From Paracoccaceae bacterium (lineage in GTDB: Bacteria; Pseudomonadota; Alphaproteobacteria; Rhodobacterales; Rhodobacteraceae): a stretch of 59,192 nucleotides of DNA. Made by a program: the position numbers and the translations under genes. Shown piece after piece: positions 10,275 through 20,015 of the stretch. The notes beneath the pieces are model-generated. The model had not been told where the DNA came from. It worked only from the letters and a program-made list of their open reading frames with translations, and did not search any database. The stretch spans positions 1-59,192 of the forward strand of contig JBELFK010000002.1 of NCBI GenBank assembly GCA_042092935.1, in the 5' to 3' direction. How positions within the stretch are numbered: position 1 is the first letter of the stretch; every line of letters starts with the position of its first letter.

Positions 10275-12283
10275 CACTCGGCAGCCACTTTTGTTGCGCC
10301 GCGCGACTTGGCGTTGGCCGACAGCTCGCCCATCAATGCCGATGCGCGGGCAATCGGGTTGGTCAGATAGAAATCTGCAATCGCATTGCGGAACTTGCCT
10401 TTTTCCAACGTCTGCGTTGGAAGCGGCTGCCACTCGTTCACGACAACCTGATCCACCTGCGCCAAATGCGGCACCTCGGCGACCACGGCCTGACGCAATT
10501 GCGCCAAGGAGTCATAGGCCAACGGTGACCCGAGATTGGCCGACAATGCACGCAACACGGCCCAGTTTTCCTTTGCCTCTCCCGGAGGGAACGCTGCGCG
10601 AAGCGCCAACTGAGGCCGTCCTTCGGTGTTCACAAACAACCCGTTTTCTTCGGTATAGGCAGCGGCGGGCAGGATAATGTCGGCGCGATGTGCACCGTTG
10701 TCACCGTGGCTGCCTTGGTAAATCACGAACGCGCCTTCTTGCATCGCGATCTCGTCTGCTCCGAGGTTATAGATCACTTCGGCACCCGTCAGAGCAGCCT
10801 CAAGTCCACCATCGGTCGTCGCGTTCACATCCATCGCTCCGACGCGACCGGCAGCGGTGTGCAACACCAGCATACGGCCACCCAGGGCCGAGGTCAGAGC
10901 CATGGCCTGACCAAGAATGGTTTCACCATCCGCTTCGGTCAACGCGCCCTGGCCCACGATCACAAGCGCACCTTCGGTCGCGGATGCTGAGGCAATAGAT
11001 TTCTCAATCGATGCACGACCCGGGCCAATAAGATCATAGTCATAGGTCAAATCAGCCGCTTCGCCGATCACTTTGACGTCGGCGCCATTCAACCATGCTT
11101 TGCGAATGCGCGCGTTCAACACAGGTGCTTCGTTGCGAGGATCCGTCGCGATCAGGTAGATCAGCTTCGCGCTGTCGATGTCTTCGACCGCAGCCGTGCC
11201 GACATAGGCGGACCGGTTGCCCGCCGGCAATTTTGCGCCATCGACGCGGCACTCAACGCTGCCGCCCTGCCCTTCGACCAACTGCTTCAAGGCAAAGGCC
11301 GCTTCAACCGGTGCCAAGTCACCAACCAACCCAGCAACCTTCTTGCCGCTCATCGCCGAAGCGGCAGCGGCCAGAGCCTCGCCCCACGTCGCTTTGCGCA
11401 GCTTGCCGTTTTCACGGATATAGGGTGTGTCAAGACGTTGACGGCGCAGACCGTCCCAAACAAAACGGGTTTTGTCGGAAATCCACTCTTCGTTCACGCC
11501 ATCATGGTTGCGCGGCACAAAGCGCTTCACTTCGCGCCCTTTGGTATCCACACGGATGTTCGACCCAAGCGCATCCATCACGTCGATCGACTCCGTCTTG
11601 GTCAATTCCCAAGGACGCGCGGTGAACGCATAGGGCTTGGACGTCAACGCCCCAACCGGACAAAGGTCAATGATGTTGCCCTGCAAGTTGCTGTCCAAAG
11701 TTTCGTTCAGATAGCTTGTGATCTCGGCATCTTCGCCGCGACCGGTTTGGCCCATCTGAGTGATACCGGCGACCTCCGACGTAAAGCGCACACAGCGGGT
11801 GCAGCTGATGCAACGGGTCATCGCCGTTGACACAAGCGGCCCGAGGTTCAGATCGTCGACCGCGCGTTTGGCTTCGGTGAAACGCGAATCCGAGATGCCG
11901 TAGGCCATCGCCTGATCCTGAAGGTCACACTCGCCGCCCTGATCGCAAATCGGGCAATCCAGCGGGTGGTTAATCAGCATGAATTCCATCACGCCTTCAC
12001 GCGCTTTCTTGACCATTGGCGAGTTGGTTTTCACAACCGGAGGCTCACCATTCGGACCGGGACGCAGATCACGCACCTGCATCGCACAAGACGCCGCTGG
12101 CTTGGGGGGGCCACCCACGACTTCGACAAGACACATCCGGCAGTTACCGGCGATCGACAAACGCTCGTGGTAGCAGAAACGTGGAACCTCGGTCTGCGCC
12201 AATTCGCAGGCCTGAATAAGGGTCATTGCGCCGTCTACTTCGATCTCGCGATCGTCGATAATGATCTTGCGTAGGTCAGACAT
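10274..12283 (-). CDS. nuoG: NADH-quinone oxidoreductase subunit G
   Basis: 669 aa from the ATG at 12283 ([16 protein letters not shown]...). It has 2Fe-2S and 4Fe-4S cysteine clusters ([39 protein letters not shown]). Confidence 0.95.
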   Translation of the reverse strand: MSDLRKIIIDDREIEVDGAMTLIQACELAQTEVPRFCYHERLSIAGNCRMCLVEVVGGPPKPAASCAMQVRDLRPGPNGEPPVVKTNSPMVKKAREGVMEFMLINHPLDCPICDQGGECDLQDQAMAYGISDSRFTEAKRAVDDLNLGPLVSTAMTRCISCTRCVRFTSEVAGITQMGQTGRGEDAEITSYLNETLDSNLQGNIIDLCPVGALTSKPYAFTARPWELTKTESIDVMDALGSNIRVDTKGREVKRFVPRNHDGVNEEWISDKTRFVWDGLRRQRLDTPYIRENGKLRKATWGEALAAAASAMSGKKVAGLVGDLAPVEAAFALKQLVEGQGGSVECRVDGAKLPAGNRSAYVGTAAVEDIDSAKLIYLIATDPRNEAPVLNARIRKAWLNGADVKVIGEAADLTYDYDLIGPGRASIEKSIASASATEGALVIVGQGALTEADGETILGQAMALTSALGGRMLVLHTAAGRVGAMDVNATTDGGLEAALTGAEVIYNLGADEIAMQEGAFVIYQGSHGDNGAHRADIILPAAAYTEENGLFVNTEGRPQLALRAAFPPGEAKENWAVLRALSANLGSPLAYDSLAQLRQAVVAEVPHLAQVDQVVVNEWQPLPTQTLEKGKFRNAIADFYLTNPIARASALMGELSANAKSRGATKVAAE

Positions 12284-12285
12284 GT

Positions 12286-12699
12286 TCACTTCGCTCTCAG
12301 TAATGAACCGATCAGGGATTGATCCGCGATTTCGTCGCGTCCCCACCGGCAGAAAGTCTCGGGATCGTCATAAGAGACGTTTTTTTCGGCCATCAGCGCT
12401 TCGCCACGGGCGCGCAGAACGGCTTTTGCCTCGTCGCTGTTGCGATAGGCTTTGATTTCATCGTCGGTGTAGCCCAGATCCTTGGCATCGTTGACAAGGT
12501 TCCACAGCATTCCAACACCCTTCAGAACGCGCCCCGAAATGCTGTCGCACCGGTTGCGAATTTCATCCGCAACAAGGATCGCTAAAAGGGCGTCGTTGAG
12601 CGGTTTGTTGTCGCCCAGATAGGGGCGTTCCTCTTGCGCTGCCACTGGGCTTGCAAGGGCAACCACAACTGCCAAAACCGAAAATACACGCGTTTTCAT
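12286..12699 (-). CDS. Exported hypothetical protein (137 aa) between nuoF and nuoG, possibly DUF5333-type
   Basis: ATG at 12699 with a GGAG SD 8 nt upstream. Signal peptide [22 protein letters not shown]. The stop lies 2 nt before the nuoG ATG. The family name is recalled from Rhodobacteraceae annotations and is unverified. Confidence 0.6.
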   Translation of the reverse strand: MKTRVFSVLAVVVALASPVAAQEERPYLGDNKPLNDALLAILVADEIRNRCDSISGRVLKGVGMLWNLVNDAKDLGYTDDEIKAYRNSDEAKAVLRARGEALMAEKNVSYDDPETFCRWGRDEIADQSLIGSLLRAK

Positions 12700-12830
12700 A
12701 CCATTAACTCCGTTGTTCACTGCGTTCAGGAAAGCAGACACACTGCCCCCTTCCCGAGTGGACATCGGGTTGCTGTCGGCCGCTATGCAATATCGCGGGG
12801 CCGCCATGGGTGATATGAGCGCTAGGTTGC

Positions 12831-14114
12831 TCACTCAGCTGCAATCGCTTGTTTGCCGCGGATGCGGTCTTCGATTTCTGGGCGGAAGTTGCGGATCAGG
12901 CCTTGGATCGGCCATGCGGCAGCGTCACCCAATGCACAGATCGTGTGACCTTCAACCTGCTTGGTCACATCCCACAACATGTCGATTTCCTCAACCGAGG
13001 CCTCGCCTTTGACCAGACGATCCATCACACGCATCATCCAGCCGGTGCCTTCGCGGCATGGCGTACACTGACCACAGCTTTCGTGTTTGTAGAATTTCGA
13101 CAACCGCCAGATCGCCTTGATGATATCGGTCGACTTGTCCATGACGATCACAGCTGCGGTCCCAAGGCCTGAACCAAGCTCGCCGCGCAGGTAATCAAAA
13201 TCCATGATCGCGTCGCGCATGTTTTCGCCGCGCACACAAGGCACGGACGAGCCGCCCGGAATAACCGCCAGCAGGTTGTCCCAGCCGCCGCGAATGCCGC
13301 CGCAATGCTTTTCGATCAGTTCTTCAAAGCTGATCGACATTTCCTCTTCCACCACACAAGGGTTGTTCACATGCCCCGAGATCGCAAACAGCTTGGTGCC
13401 TGCATTGTTCGGACGCCCGAAACCGGCGAACCACTCAGGGCCGCGCCGCAGGATCGTCGGTACAACGGCGATGGATTCGACATTGTTCACCGTGGTCGGG
13501 CACCCATAGAGACCCGCCCCCGCAGGAAACGGAGGCTTCATGCGGGGCATGCCTTTTTTGCCTTCTAGGCTTTCGAGCAACGCGGTTTCTTCGCCGCAAA
13601 TATAGGCGCCTGCGCCGTGGTGCAGATAGAGATCGAAGTCCCAACCTGATCCGGCCGCGTTTTTGCCAACAAGTCCCGCATCATAGGCTTCGTCGATGGC
13701 GTTTTGCAGGGCCTCACGCTCGCGGATATATTCGCCGCGAATGTAGATATAGCAGGCGTTCGCATTCATCGCGAAGCTGGCAATCAGGCAGCCTTCGATC
13801 AGCGTATGCGGATCGTGGCGCATGATTTCGCGGTCTTTGCAGGTGCCCGGTTCGGATTCGTCGGCGTTCACCACAAGATAAGCCGGACGACCGTCGCTTT
13901 CCTTGGGCATGAACGACCATTTCAGACCGGTCGGGAAACCAGCACCCCCACGACCACGCAACCCCGAGGCTTTCATCTGATCGATGATCCAGTCGCGACC
14001 TTTCTTGATGATGTCGCCGGTGCCGTCCCAATGGCCACGCGCACGCGCGCCAGCCAGGGTGCGCTCGTGCATCCCGTAGATGTTGGTAAAGATACGGTCC
14101 TGATCTTTCAGCAT
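12831..14114 (-). CDS. nuoF: NADH-quinone oxidoreductase subunit F
   Basis: 427 aa with the FMN/NADH motifs [10 protein letters not shown] and [19 protein letters not shown], and the 4Fe-4S motif [12 protein letters not shown]. Confidence 0.95.
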   Translation of the reverse strand: MLKDQDRIFTNIYGMHERTLAGARARGHWDGTGDIIKKGRDWIIDQMKASGLRGRGGAGFPTGLKWSFMPKESDGRPAYLVVNADESEPGTCKDREIMRHDPHTLIEGCLIASFAMNANACYIYIRGEYIREREALQNAIDEAYDAGLVGKNAAGSGWDFDLYLHHGAGAYICGEETALLESLEGKKGMPRMKPPFPAGAGLYGCPTTVNNVESIAVVPTILRRGPEWFAGFGRPNNAGTKLFAISGHVNNPCVVEEEMSISFEELIEKHCGGIRGGWDNLLAVIPGGSSVPCVRGENMRDAIMDFDYLRGELGSGLGTAAVIVMDKSTDIIKAIWRLSKFYKHESCGQCTPCREGTGWMMRVMDRLVKGEASVEEIDMLWDVTKQVEGHTICALGDAAAWPIQGLIRNFRPEIEDRIRGKQAIAAE

Positions 14115-14121
14115 TGCCAGA

Positions 14122-14346
14122 TCATCCTTGATTGTCCCGACGCGCCCGCCGGATTTGAAATGTGACCACCAACGCCCAGATCAGCGCGGCGATTGCGGCA
14201 AAATCGAACAGAAATGCGAAACGTCCCGGCATTCCCAATTTCGGCCCAAGCCAGTTCGCGCCAAGCCAGGCAACCATGGTCACAGCAATCACAACGCCAA
14301 CAATGCGCCCCTGCTTTGCCAATTTATCGTCTAGCTCTTTGCCCAT
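14122..14346 (-). CDS. Small two-TM membrane protein (74 aa) between nuoE and nuoF, possibly DUF5337-type
   Basis: The ATG at 14346 lies 8 nt after the nuoE TAA. There are two hydrophobic helices ([19 protein letters not shown] and [15 protein letters not shown]). The stop lies 7 nt before the nuoF ATG. The family name is from memory and unverified. Confidence 0.55.
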   Translation of the reverse strand: MGKELDDKLAKQGRIVGVVIAVTMVAWLGANWLGPKLGMPGRFAFLFDFAAIAALIWALVVTFQIRRARRDNQG

Positions 14347-14354
14347 GATAATCT

Positions 14355-15401
14355 TTAGCCCTTCACCAATTCGGCGGCCTGAGCCATCCAATCATCGCGT
14401 TCGATCCGGCCTTTGAACTTCAGGCGGTTGTCGACCCAAGCGATTTCGGCAGCCGTCCATGCCGCGATCTGATCGTAATGGTAAAACCCGAGCGAATTCA
14501 GCAGTTCTTCCAGCTTTGGACCCACACCTGATATCTTTTTCAGATCGTCTGCACCGCCGTCACGGGCTTCCGTCAAGGTTTCGGGTTGCTGTTCTTCGAT
14601 TTCCGCTTCGACTGCTTTCGCCGGCTTTGGCGCTTGCTGAGCCGCGGACTTTGGTCGCGCCGGTTCGGCTGGCACTTTCGCCTTAGAAGCCGCGCCACCG
14701 ATCCAAGGTGTCAGCAGCGGAACCTCGGTGCCGTCGATGCGCTTGACGGTATCGCCAAGATCATCCGCCAATTGGGCCGAGGCATTCAGTTTATGCTTGT
14801 CGGCTTCATACTCTTTGAGGCTGGTCAGCCCGCTCAGCGGTTCAGCCGCATAGCGACCGTTCTGTGGGCCGGGTGTCGGAACCTTGCCAGCCGCCAAATC
14901 ATCGAGGATTTGCGCGAAGCTCTCCGCTGTCAGGTCTTCGTAGTAGTCTTTGCCGATCTGCACCATCGGCGCGTTCGAACAAGACCCGAGGCATTCAACC
15001 TCTTCCCAGGAAAACTTGCCATCGGCAGAGACTTCATGCGCCGATGGTGCGATTTTATCCTGACAGACCTTAATCAAATCTTCCGCGCCGCAGATCATGC
15101 AGGACAGCGTGCCGCACACCTGAACATGCGCGACAGACCCGACGGGCTGCATCTGGAACATGAAGTAAAACGAGGTCACTTCCAACACGCGAATAAACGC
15201 CATATCGAGCATGTTTGCGATAAATTCAATCGCCGGTCTGCTAACCCAACCCTCTTGTTCCTGTGCACGCCACAAGAGCGGGATCACAGCCGAGGCCTGA
15301 CGACCCTCGGGGAATTTTGTCATCTGGGCTTCTGCCCAAGCCTGATTTGCTGGCGTGAAAGCAAAGCTCTCAGGCTGTTCGTGGTGAAGACGGCGGAGCA
15401 T
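14355..15401 (-). CDS. nuoE: NADH-quinone oxidoreductase subunit E with a long C-terminal extension
   Basis: 348 aa. The N-terminal ~180 aa form the thioredoxin-like 2Fe-2S module ([10 protein letters not shown]...[10 protein letters not shown]). The C-terminal ~165 aa comprise an Ala/Pro/Lys/Glu-rich linker and a helix-hairpin-helix-like tail ([16 protein letters not shown]). Confidence 0.93.
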   Translation of the reverse strand: MLRRLHHEQPESFAFTPANQAWAEAQMTKFPEGRQASAVIPLLWRAQEQEGWVSRPAIEFIANMLDMAFIRVLEVTSFYFMFQMQPVGSVAHVQVCGTLSCMICGAEDLIKVCQDKIAPSAHEVSADGKFSWEEVECLGSCSNAPMVQIGKDYYEDLTAESFAQILDDLAAGKVPTPGPQNGRYAAEPLSGLTSLKEYEADKHKLNASAQLADDLGDTVKRIDGTEVPLLTPWIGGAASKAKVPAEPARPKSAAQQAPKPAKAVEAEIEEQQPETLTEARDGGADDLKKISGVGPKLEELLNSLGFYHYDQIAAWTAAEIAWVDNRLKFKGRIERDDWMAQAAELVKG

Positions 15402-16624
15402 TAGCGGTCAATCTCCCCAAATACGACGTCCATTGTGCCGATGATGGCGGCGCAGTCGGCCAACTGGTGGCCTTTCATCAAATAGTCCGAGGCCTGCAAG
15501 TGCAGAAATCCTGGTGCACGGATTTTCGAGCGGTAGGGTTTGTTGCTGCCATCGGCCACCAGATACACGCCGAACTCACCCTTTGGGGCCTCAACGGCGG
15601 CGTAAACTTCACCGGCGGGAACATGGAAGCCCTCGGTGTAAAGTTTGAAATGGTGGATCAGACCCTCCATCGAGGTTTTCATCTCGCCACGTTTAGGAGG
15701 CGTGATTTTCCCGCGCGCCAGAACATCACCCTGCCCTTCGGGCGCGCGAAGTTTCTCGATGGCTTGCAGAATGATCGAGGTCGACTGGCGCATTTCTTCC
15801 ATACGCATCAGGTAACGATCGTAGCAATCACCGTTTTTGCCGACGGGGATCTGGAATTCAAACTCGTCATAGCATTCATAGGGTTCAGCACGCCGCAGAT
15901 CCCAGGCCATCCCAACCGAACGCGCCATGACGCCAGAAAAGCCGAAATCGAGAACGGTCTGTTCATCAACCACGCCAATATCGACGTTGCGCTGCTTGAA
16001 AATGCGGTTCTCGGTGAGAAGCCCGTCAATGTCATCAAGTTTGGCTGGGAACTGATGCGCCCAAGCCTCGATGTCGTCGATCAATGCGTTTGGCAGGTCT
16101 TGGTGAACACCGCCGGGACGGAAATACGCCGCGTGCAGGCGGGCACCACAAGCGCGCTCGTAAAAGTCCATCAGCTTTTCGCGCTCGTTAAAGCCCCAAA
16201 GCGGAGGTGTCAGCGCCCCAACGTCCATCGCCTGTGTGGTGACGTTCAGCAAGTGGTTGAGAACCCGACCGATTTCCGAATACAGCACGCGGATCAGCGA
16301 GCCGCGACGCGGCACTTCGGTTTCTGTCAGCTTTTCAATCGCCAGACACCAAGCATGCTCTTGGTTCATCGGCGCCACATAATCGAGACGGTCGAAATAC
16401 GGCAGGTTTTGCAGATACGTCCGGCTTTCCATCAGCTTTTCGGTGCCACGGTGCAGCAGGCCGATATGGGGGTCGCAACGCTCAACGATCTCGCCATCCA
16501 ACTCAAGCACGAGACGCAAAACGCCATGCGCCGCAGGGTGTTGCGGGCCGAAGTTCAGGTTGAATTTGCGGATTTGCTGTTCGCCCGTCTGGGCGTCTTC
16601 AAATCCTTTTGAGCCATCCATCAT
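15401..16624 (-). CDS. nuoD: NADH-quinone oxidoreductase subunit D
   Basis: 407 aa from the ATG at 16624 ([10 protein letters not shown]...), 49-kDa subunit-like ([15 protein letters not shown]). An AGGAGAGG SD lies upstream. The longer track ORF overlaps the preceding gene. Confidence 0.95.
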   Translation of the reverse strand: MMDGSKGFEDAQTGEQQIRKFNLNFGPQHPAAHGVLRLVLELDGEIVERCDPHIGLLHRGTEKLMESRTYLQNLPYFDRLDYVAPMNQEHAWCLAIEKLTETEVPRRGSLIRVLYSEIGRVLNHLLNVTTQAMDVGALTPPLWGFNEREKLMDFYERACGARLHAAYFRPGGVHQDLPNALIDDIEAWAHQFPAKLDDIDGLLTENRIFKQRNVDIGVVDEQTVLDFGFSGVMARSVGMAWDLRRAEPYECYDEFEFQIPVGKNGDCYDRYLMRMEEMRQSTSIILQAIEKLRAPEGQGDVLARGKITPPKRGEMKTSMEGLIHHFKLYTEGFHVPAGEVYAAVEAPKGEFGVYLVADGSNKPYRSKIRAPGFLHLQASDYLMKGHQLADCAAIIGTMDVVFGEIDR

Positions 16625-16625
16625 G

Positions 16626-17483
16626 TCAAGCCTCTCCTGCATTCTGCTTCCAAGCATCCGGAAGCCGTCCCATATGCGCCTGAACGGCGGCATATTGGGG
16701 TTTCAAATAGTTTGCGGCACGCAGCCGGTCTGTCTCGGGCAACGCGACCGTAAGCCCTTGGTTGATGCGCTGGCCAAACTTGGCGGGCATCACGGCGATC
16801 TCAAGGAAATCGCAAATACGGGTCACGCTATCGTTGGTGAACAGCTCTTCGTAAAAGGCGATCAAGACGCGTTTTGGATCAAGCCGAGCGATATTCTTGA
16901 GCGTCGCCGCATAGTCACATCGCGCCTGAAGCGCAGGTAACTTCCCGCCCAAAACCTTGTGCATCAGGCCTTTGCAGGTTTCGGCCAGATCGTCCCCCGA
17001 CGTCTTGACCATGCGTACCGCATTCATGCGGATATTGCTCCACAAACGCGCTACGGGATCACGCATCAGATAGACAAAGCGGCTTGCCCCCATGGATTGC
17101 ATCTTCAACAGACGCTCAGGGCTTAGAAGACCGTAAGCCGGGGTAATATCCGCCATTACAGAACGACCATCCGCGTGGCCGGTCATGTAGCGCGCGTAAG
17201 CCGCGTCAGAGCCATCAACCAGCAGCACACGCACTTCTTCAAGCTCATCCAGCTTTGCCGGGTTTTCAACGCCGCGCGCAATCCGATCTTCGATCTTCGC
17301 ACGCTTCTGGTCGAGCTTACCCAAGCGGCCCGCCAAATTGCCATCGACCGAGTTGAAAAAATGCAGTTCTTTCATCGGAGGCACATAGACGTCGGGATGC
17401 GTGGCCAAATAGCCGTGCAACCAACTCGTCCCTGCTTTGGGCGCACCCAAGCCGAACAGAAATATGCCCCCGTCGCGTTGCAT
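16626..17483 (-). CDS. Sulfotransferase-family protein (285 aa) between nuoC and nuoD
   Basis: It has a 5'-PSB-like loop [10 protein letters not shown] and a 3'-PB-like motif [13 protein letters not shown], as in PAPS-dependent sulfotransferases. Its ATG overlaps the nuoC TAA (TAATG). Its TGA lies 1 nt before the nuoD ATG. Confidence 0.8.
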   Translation of the reverse strand: MQRDGGIFLFGLGAPKAGTSWLHGYLATHPDVYVPPMKELHFFNSVDGNLAGRLGKLDQKRAKIEDRIARGVENPAKLDELEEVRVLLVDGSDAAYARYMTGHADGRSVMADITPAYGLLSPERLLKMQSMGASRFVYLMRDPVARLWSNIRMNAVRMVKTSGDDLAETCKGLMHKVLGGKLPALQARCDYAATLKNIARLDPKRVLIAFYEELFTNDSVTRICDFLEIAVMPAKFGQRINQGLTVALPETDRLRAANYLKPQYAAVQAHMGRLPDAWKQNAGEA

Positions 17484-18088
17484 TATTTTGCATCGCCTTT
17501 CTCGTCACCGGGAAGGATGTATTCGGCACCTTCCCATGGACTCATGAAATCAAACTGGCGGTATTCCTGCACAAGGCTAACGGGTTCATAGACAATCCGC
17601 TTTTCAGCCTCGTCATAGCGAACCTCGGTATAGCCTGTCGTCGGGAAATCCTTACGCAGTGGATGCCCGCGGAACCCGTAGTCGGTCAGAATACGACGCA
17701 AGTCAGGATGGCCCGAGAAAATTATCCCAAACATATCAAACACTTCCCGCTCAAACCAGTTGGCACTCGGGTGGATATCCACAACCGAAGGCACCATATC
17801 GTCTTCACGGATCGACACTCGCAAACGAATGCGGTGGTTCTGGAACATCGACAGGAAGTGGTAAACCACGTCAAAACGCTTGGCGCGCTCGGGGTAATCA
17901 ACGGCCGTAATATCGACCAATGTCGAGAAACGGCAGCCAGCGTCGGTTTTCAGAAACTCAACAAATCCTGCGATGTTCGAAGGCGCCACGTCAACGTTCA
18001 GTTCGCCGTGGGTCACATCCCATCCCAACACGCAATCCGGGCGTTTCAGCTCGACCAATGCGCCCAGTTCATTCAATGCGTCGCTCAT
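17483..18088 (-). CDS. nuoC: NADH-quinone oxidoreductase subunit C
   Basis: 201 aa, 30-kDa subunit-like ([31 protein letters not shown]). Confidence 0.95.
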   Translation of the reverse strand: MSDALNELGALVELKRPDCVLGWDVTHGELNVDVAPSNIAGFVEFLKTDAGCRFSTLVDITAVDYPERAKRFDVVYHFLSMFQNHRIRLRVSIREDDMVPSVVDIHPSANWFEREVFDMFGIIFSGHPDLRRILTDYGFRGHPLRKDFPTTGYTEVRYDEAEKRIVYEPVSLVQEYRQFDFMSPWEGAEYILPGDEKGDAK

Positions 18089-18092
18089 GCGT

Positions 18093-18617
18093 CTACCTCA
18101 CCAATGTGCCGGTACGGCGGATTTTGCGTTGTAGCTGCATGATGCCGTAGACCAGTGCTTCGGCTGTCGGAGGGCAACCAGGCACGTAAATGTCAACCGG
18201 AACAACACGGTCGCAGCCGCGCACAACGGAATAGCTGTAGTGATAGTAACCACCGCCGTTCGCACAGGATCCCATCGAGATCACATAGCGCGGCTCGGGC
18301 ATCTGGTCATAAACCTTGCGCAGCGCTGGCGCCATCTTGTTGGTCAGCGTCCCAGCAACGATCATCACGTCGGACTGGCGCGGGGACGCACGCGGCGCGA
18401 CACCGAACCGGTCGAGGTCGTAGCGCGGCATCGAGGCATGCATCATCTCAACTGCGCAGCAGGCCAGACCAAAGGTCATCCAGTGCAATGATCCAGTCCG
18501 CGCCCAGTTAATCAGATCTTCGGTCGAGGTCAGCAAAAAGCCCTTGTCCTGAAGCTCGTTGTTCAGGGCGCGGGTGTTCGCCTCGCGATCAACACCAGCG
18601 GTGTTTTGTCCGGTCAT
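18093..18617 (-). CDS. nuoB: NADH-quinone oxidoreductase subunit B
   Basis: PSST-like ([24 protein letters not shown]). I prefer the ATG at 18617, which overlaps the nuoA TGA (TGATG). The ATG at 18626 is also possible. Confidence 0.92.
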   Translation of the reverse strand: MTGQNTAGVDREANTRALNNELQDKGFLLTSTEDLINWARTGSLHWMTFGLACCAVEMMHASMPRYDLDRFGVAPRASPRQSDVMIVAGTLTNKMAPALRKVYDQMPEPRYVISMGSCANGGGYYHYSYSVVRGCDRVVPVDIYVPGCPPTAEALVYGIMQLQRKIRRTGTLVR

Positions 18618-18982
18618 CACTCCCATTCCAGGGCCCCCTTCTTCCACTCATAGGCGAAGCCGATTGTCAGCACGCCGAGGAAAACCATCATCGACCAGAA
18701 GGCGACCATGCTGATGTCCTTGAAGGCAACCGCCCAAGGAAACAGCATTGCGATTTCGAGATCGAAAATGATGAACAGGATCGAGACCAGATAGAAGCGA
18801 ACATCGAATTTCATGCGCGCATCGTCAAAGGCGTTAAATCCGCACTCATAGGCCGATACTTTTTCAGGATCAGGATTGCGAACGGCAACAACGATGGCAG
18901 CAAGGATCAGGACAAGCCCGAGACCGATTGCTACCGCCAGAAACACGAGAATAGGCAGGTATTCTCTCAGCATTTCTTCCAC
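18617..18982 (-). CDS. nuoA: NADH-quinone oxidoreductase subunit A
   Basis: 121 aa, ND3-like (YECGF motif). GTG start at 18982 preceded by an AAGGAG SD at 6-nt spacing. Confidence 0.92.
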   Translation of the reverse strand: MEEMLREYLPILVFLAVAIGLGLVLILAAIVVAVRNPDPEKVSAYECGFNAFDDARMKFDVRFYLVSILFIIFDLEIAMLFPWAVAFKDISMVAFWSMMVFLGVLTIGFAYEWKKGALEWE

Positions 18983-19043
18983 GGCTGGCTCCTTTCAGGT
19001 GCAGGATTACGCACCACGAGATGGCAGATGACTCATTCCGCGT

Positions 19044-19072
19044 GGTTTATCCTTGGGTTCTGGCGTGGTCAA
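19044..19072 (-). promoter_or_regulatory. Candidate sigma-70-type promoter for the nuo operon
   Basis: The minus strand reads TTGACC (19072..19067)-N17-TAAACC (19049..19044), about 60 nt upstream of the nuoA start. Pattern match only. Confidence 0.25.
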
Positions 19073-19204
19073 CCAAACTTAAACACATTCATGAACGTGA
19101 TTTCATAGGATTTGCCCTGCATGCCAATGTATGCTGAACGTTTCTCTGCATTGCGGCATTTTGTCTGACTGTGGTTGACAAGACCTGCACAAGAAATTCA
19201 GCCG

Positions 19205-19225
19205 AAAACTGGCATAAAATGCCGG
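19205..19225 (-). terminator. Short terminator-like hairpin after the liu cluster
   Basis: The minus strand reads CCGGCAT-TTT-ATGCCAG followed by TTTT, starting 5 nt after the stop of the hydratase gene. The stem is short (7 bp, one mismatch). Confidence 0.4.
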
Positions 19226-19229
19226 AATC

Positions 19230-20015
19230 CTAAGAAGAAACCCAGTTCGGTTTGCGCTTTTCAAAGAACGCCGAGATACCTTCGCCCGATTCAGGGCTGT
19301 CCCATCGCGCAGAAAGAGCCTTGATCGACGCCTCGACAGCATCGCGCGTGACATTGCCGCAAACCGATTGGGCCAGGGCTTTTGCCTCAGCAACGGCACC
19401 CGGGGCACAGCTAAGATAGGGGGTGATTTCCTGCTCGATGGCGTCGTCCAATTGCGCGTTCGTAACCACTCTGGACAGCAGCCCCAGAGTGCGAGCTTCA
19501 TCGGCGTCAAACAGTCTGGCCGACATGAATACACGGCGCGCATAGGCCTCGCCCATTCTGGCCAGAACATAGGGCCCGATGGTCGCCGGAATAAGACCGA
19601 GCTTCGTTTCCGTCAGTCCCATTTTCAGACCGTCAACACCAATTGCGACGTCACAGACGCTGGCCATCCCCACGCCACCGCCAAAGGCATTGCCCTGCAC
19701 CCGACCAATCAATGGTTTGCGCATGAAGTTGAGCGCCCAAAGCATGTCCGCCAGCCTGCGTGCCTCGCGGTCTTTGGCTGCGGCATCGGCATCAAACTGC
19801 GCCCGCATCCATCCCAGATCACCGCCTGCACAAAAGCTCTTTCCTTGCGCGGCCAATACGACACATCGCACGGACTCGTCACCCGACAATTCTGTCGCCA
19901 CCGTTGTCAGTTCATCCATCATTTGGGCGGAAAGGGCATTGTGCTTGTCGGTTCGCACCATCCAAATCGTCGCCACACCGCGCGCGTCGTGGTCAATTCT
20001 AATCGTTTCAGTCAT
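19230..20015 (-). CDS. liuC: Enoyl-CoA hydratase family, probable methylglutaconyl-CoA hydratase
   Basis: 261-aa crotonase fold (FCAGGDL...GNAFGGGVGM). It overlaps the upstream HMG-CoA lyase gene by 8 nt and sits in the liu context. Confidence 0.8.
   Translation of the reverse strand: MTETIRIDHDARGVATIWMVRTDKHNALSAQMMDELTTVATELSGDESVRCVVLAAQGKSFCAGGDLGWMRAQFDADAAAKDREARRLADMLWALNFMRKPLIGRVQGNAFGGGVGMASVCDVAIGVDGLKMGLTETKLGLIPATIGPYVLARMGEAYARRVFMSARLFDADEARTLGLLSRVVTNAQLDDAIEQEITPYLSCAPGAVAEAKALAQSVCGNVTRDAVEASIKALSARWDSPESGEGISAFFEKRKPNWVSS

Noticed and set aside
12284-12346. N-terminal extensions offered by the ORF track for nuoG. The same applies to nuoI (8819..8893), nuoD (16625..16693), mccA (22940..22975), ctaD (36844..36900), the PrpD-family gene (28742..28804), lipB (35546..35572) and the nuo-embedded ORFs (10275..10433, 12700..12834, 14347..14391).
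   Set aside because: The extensions overlap the preceding gene or lack an SD. Internal ATGs give canonical N-termini, good SD spacing or stop/start overlaps. Several track starts are TTG or GTG rendered as M.
16626-17483. The idea that the nuo-embedded sulfotransferase is a recent horizontally acquired insertion.
   Set aside because: By eye, base composition and codon style match the flanking nuo genes. Both junctions are seamless (stop/start overlap, with the nuoD SD inside the ORF), and there are no repeats or mobile-element remnants. A proper GC/codon-adaptation calculation would be needed to be sure.
19021-19140. 39-codon plus-strand ORF (MADDSFRVVYPW...) in the nuo upstream region.
   Set aside because: It has no SD, it is antisense to the likely nuo leader, and it has no features. 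It is probably a chance ORF.
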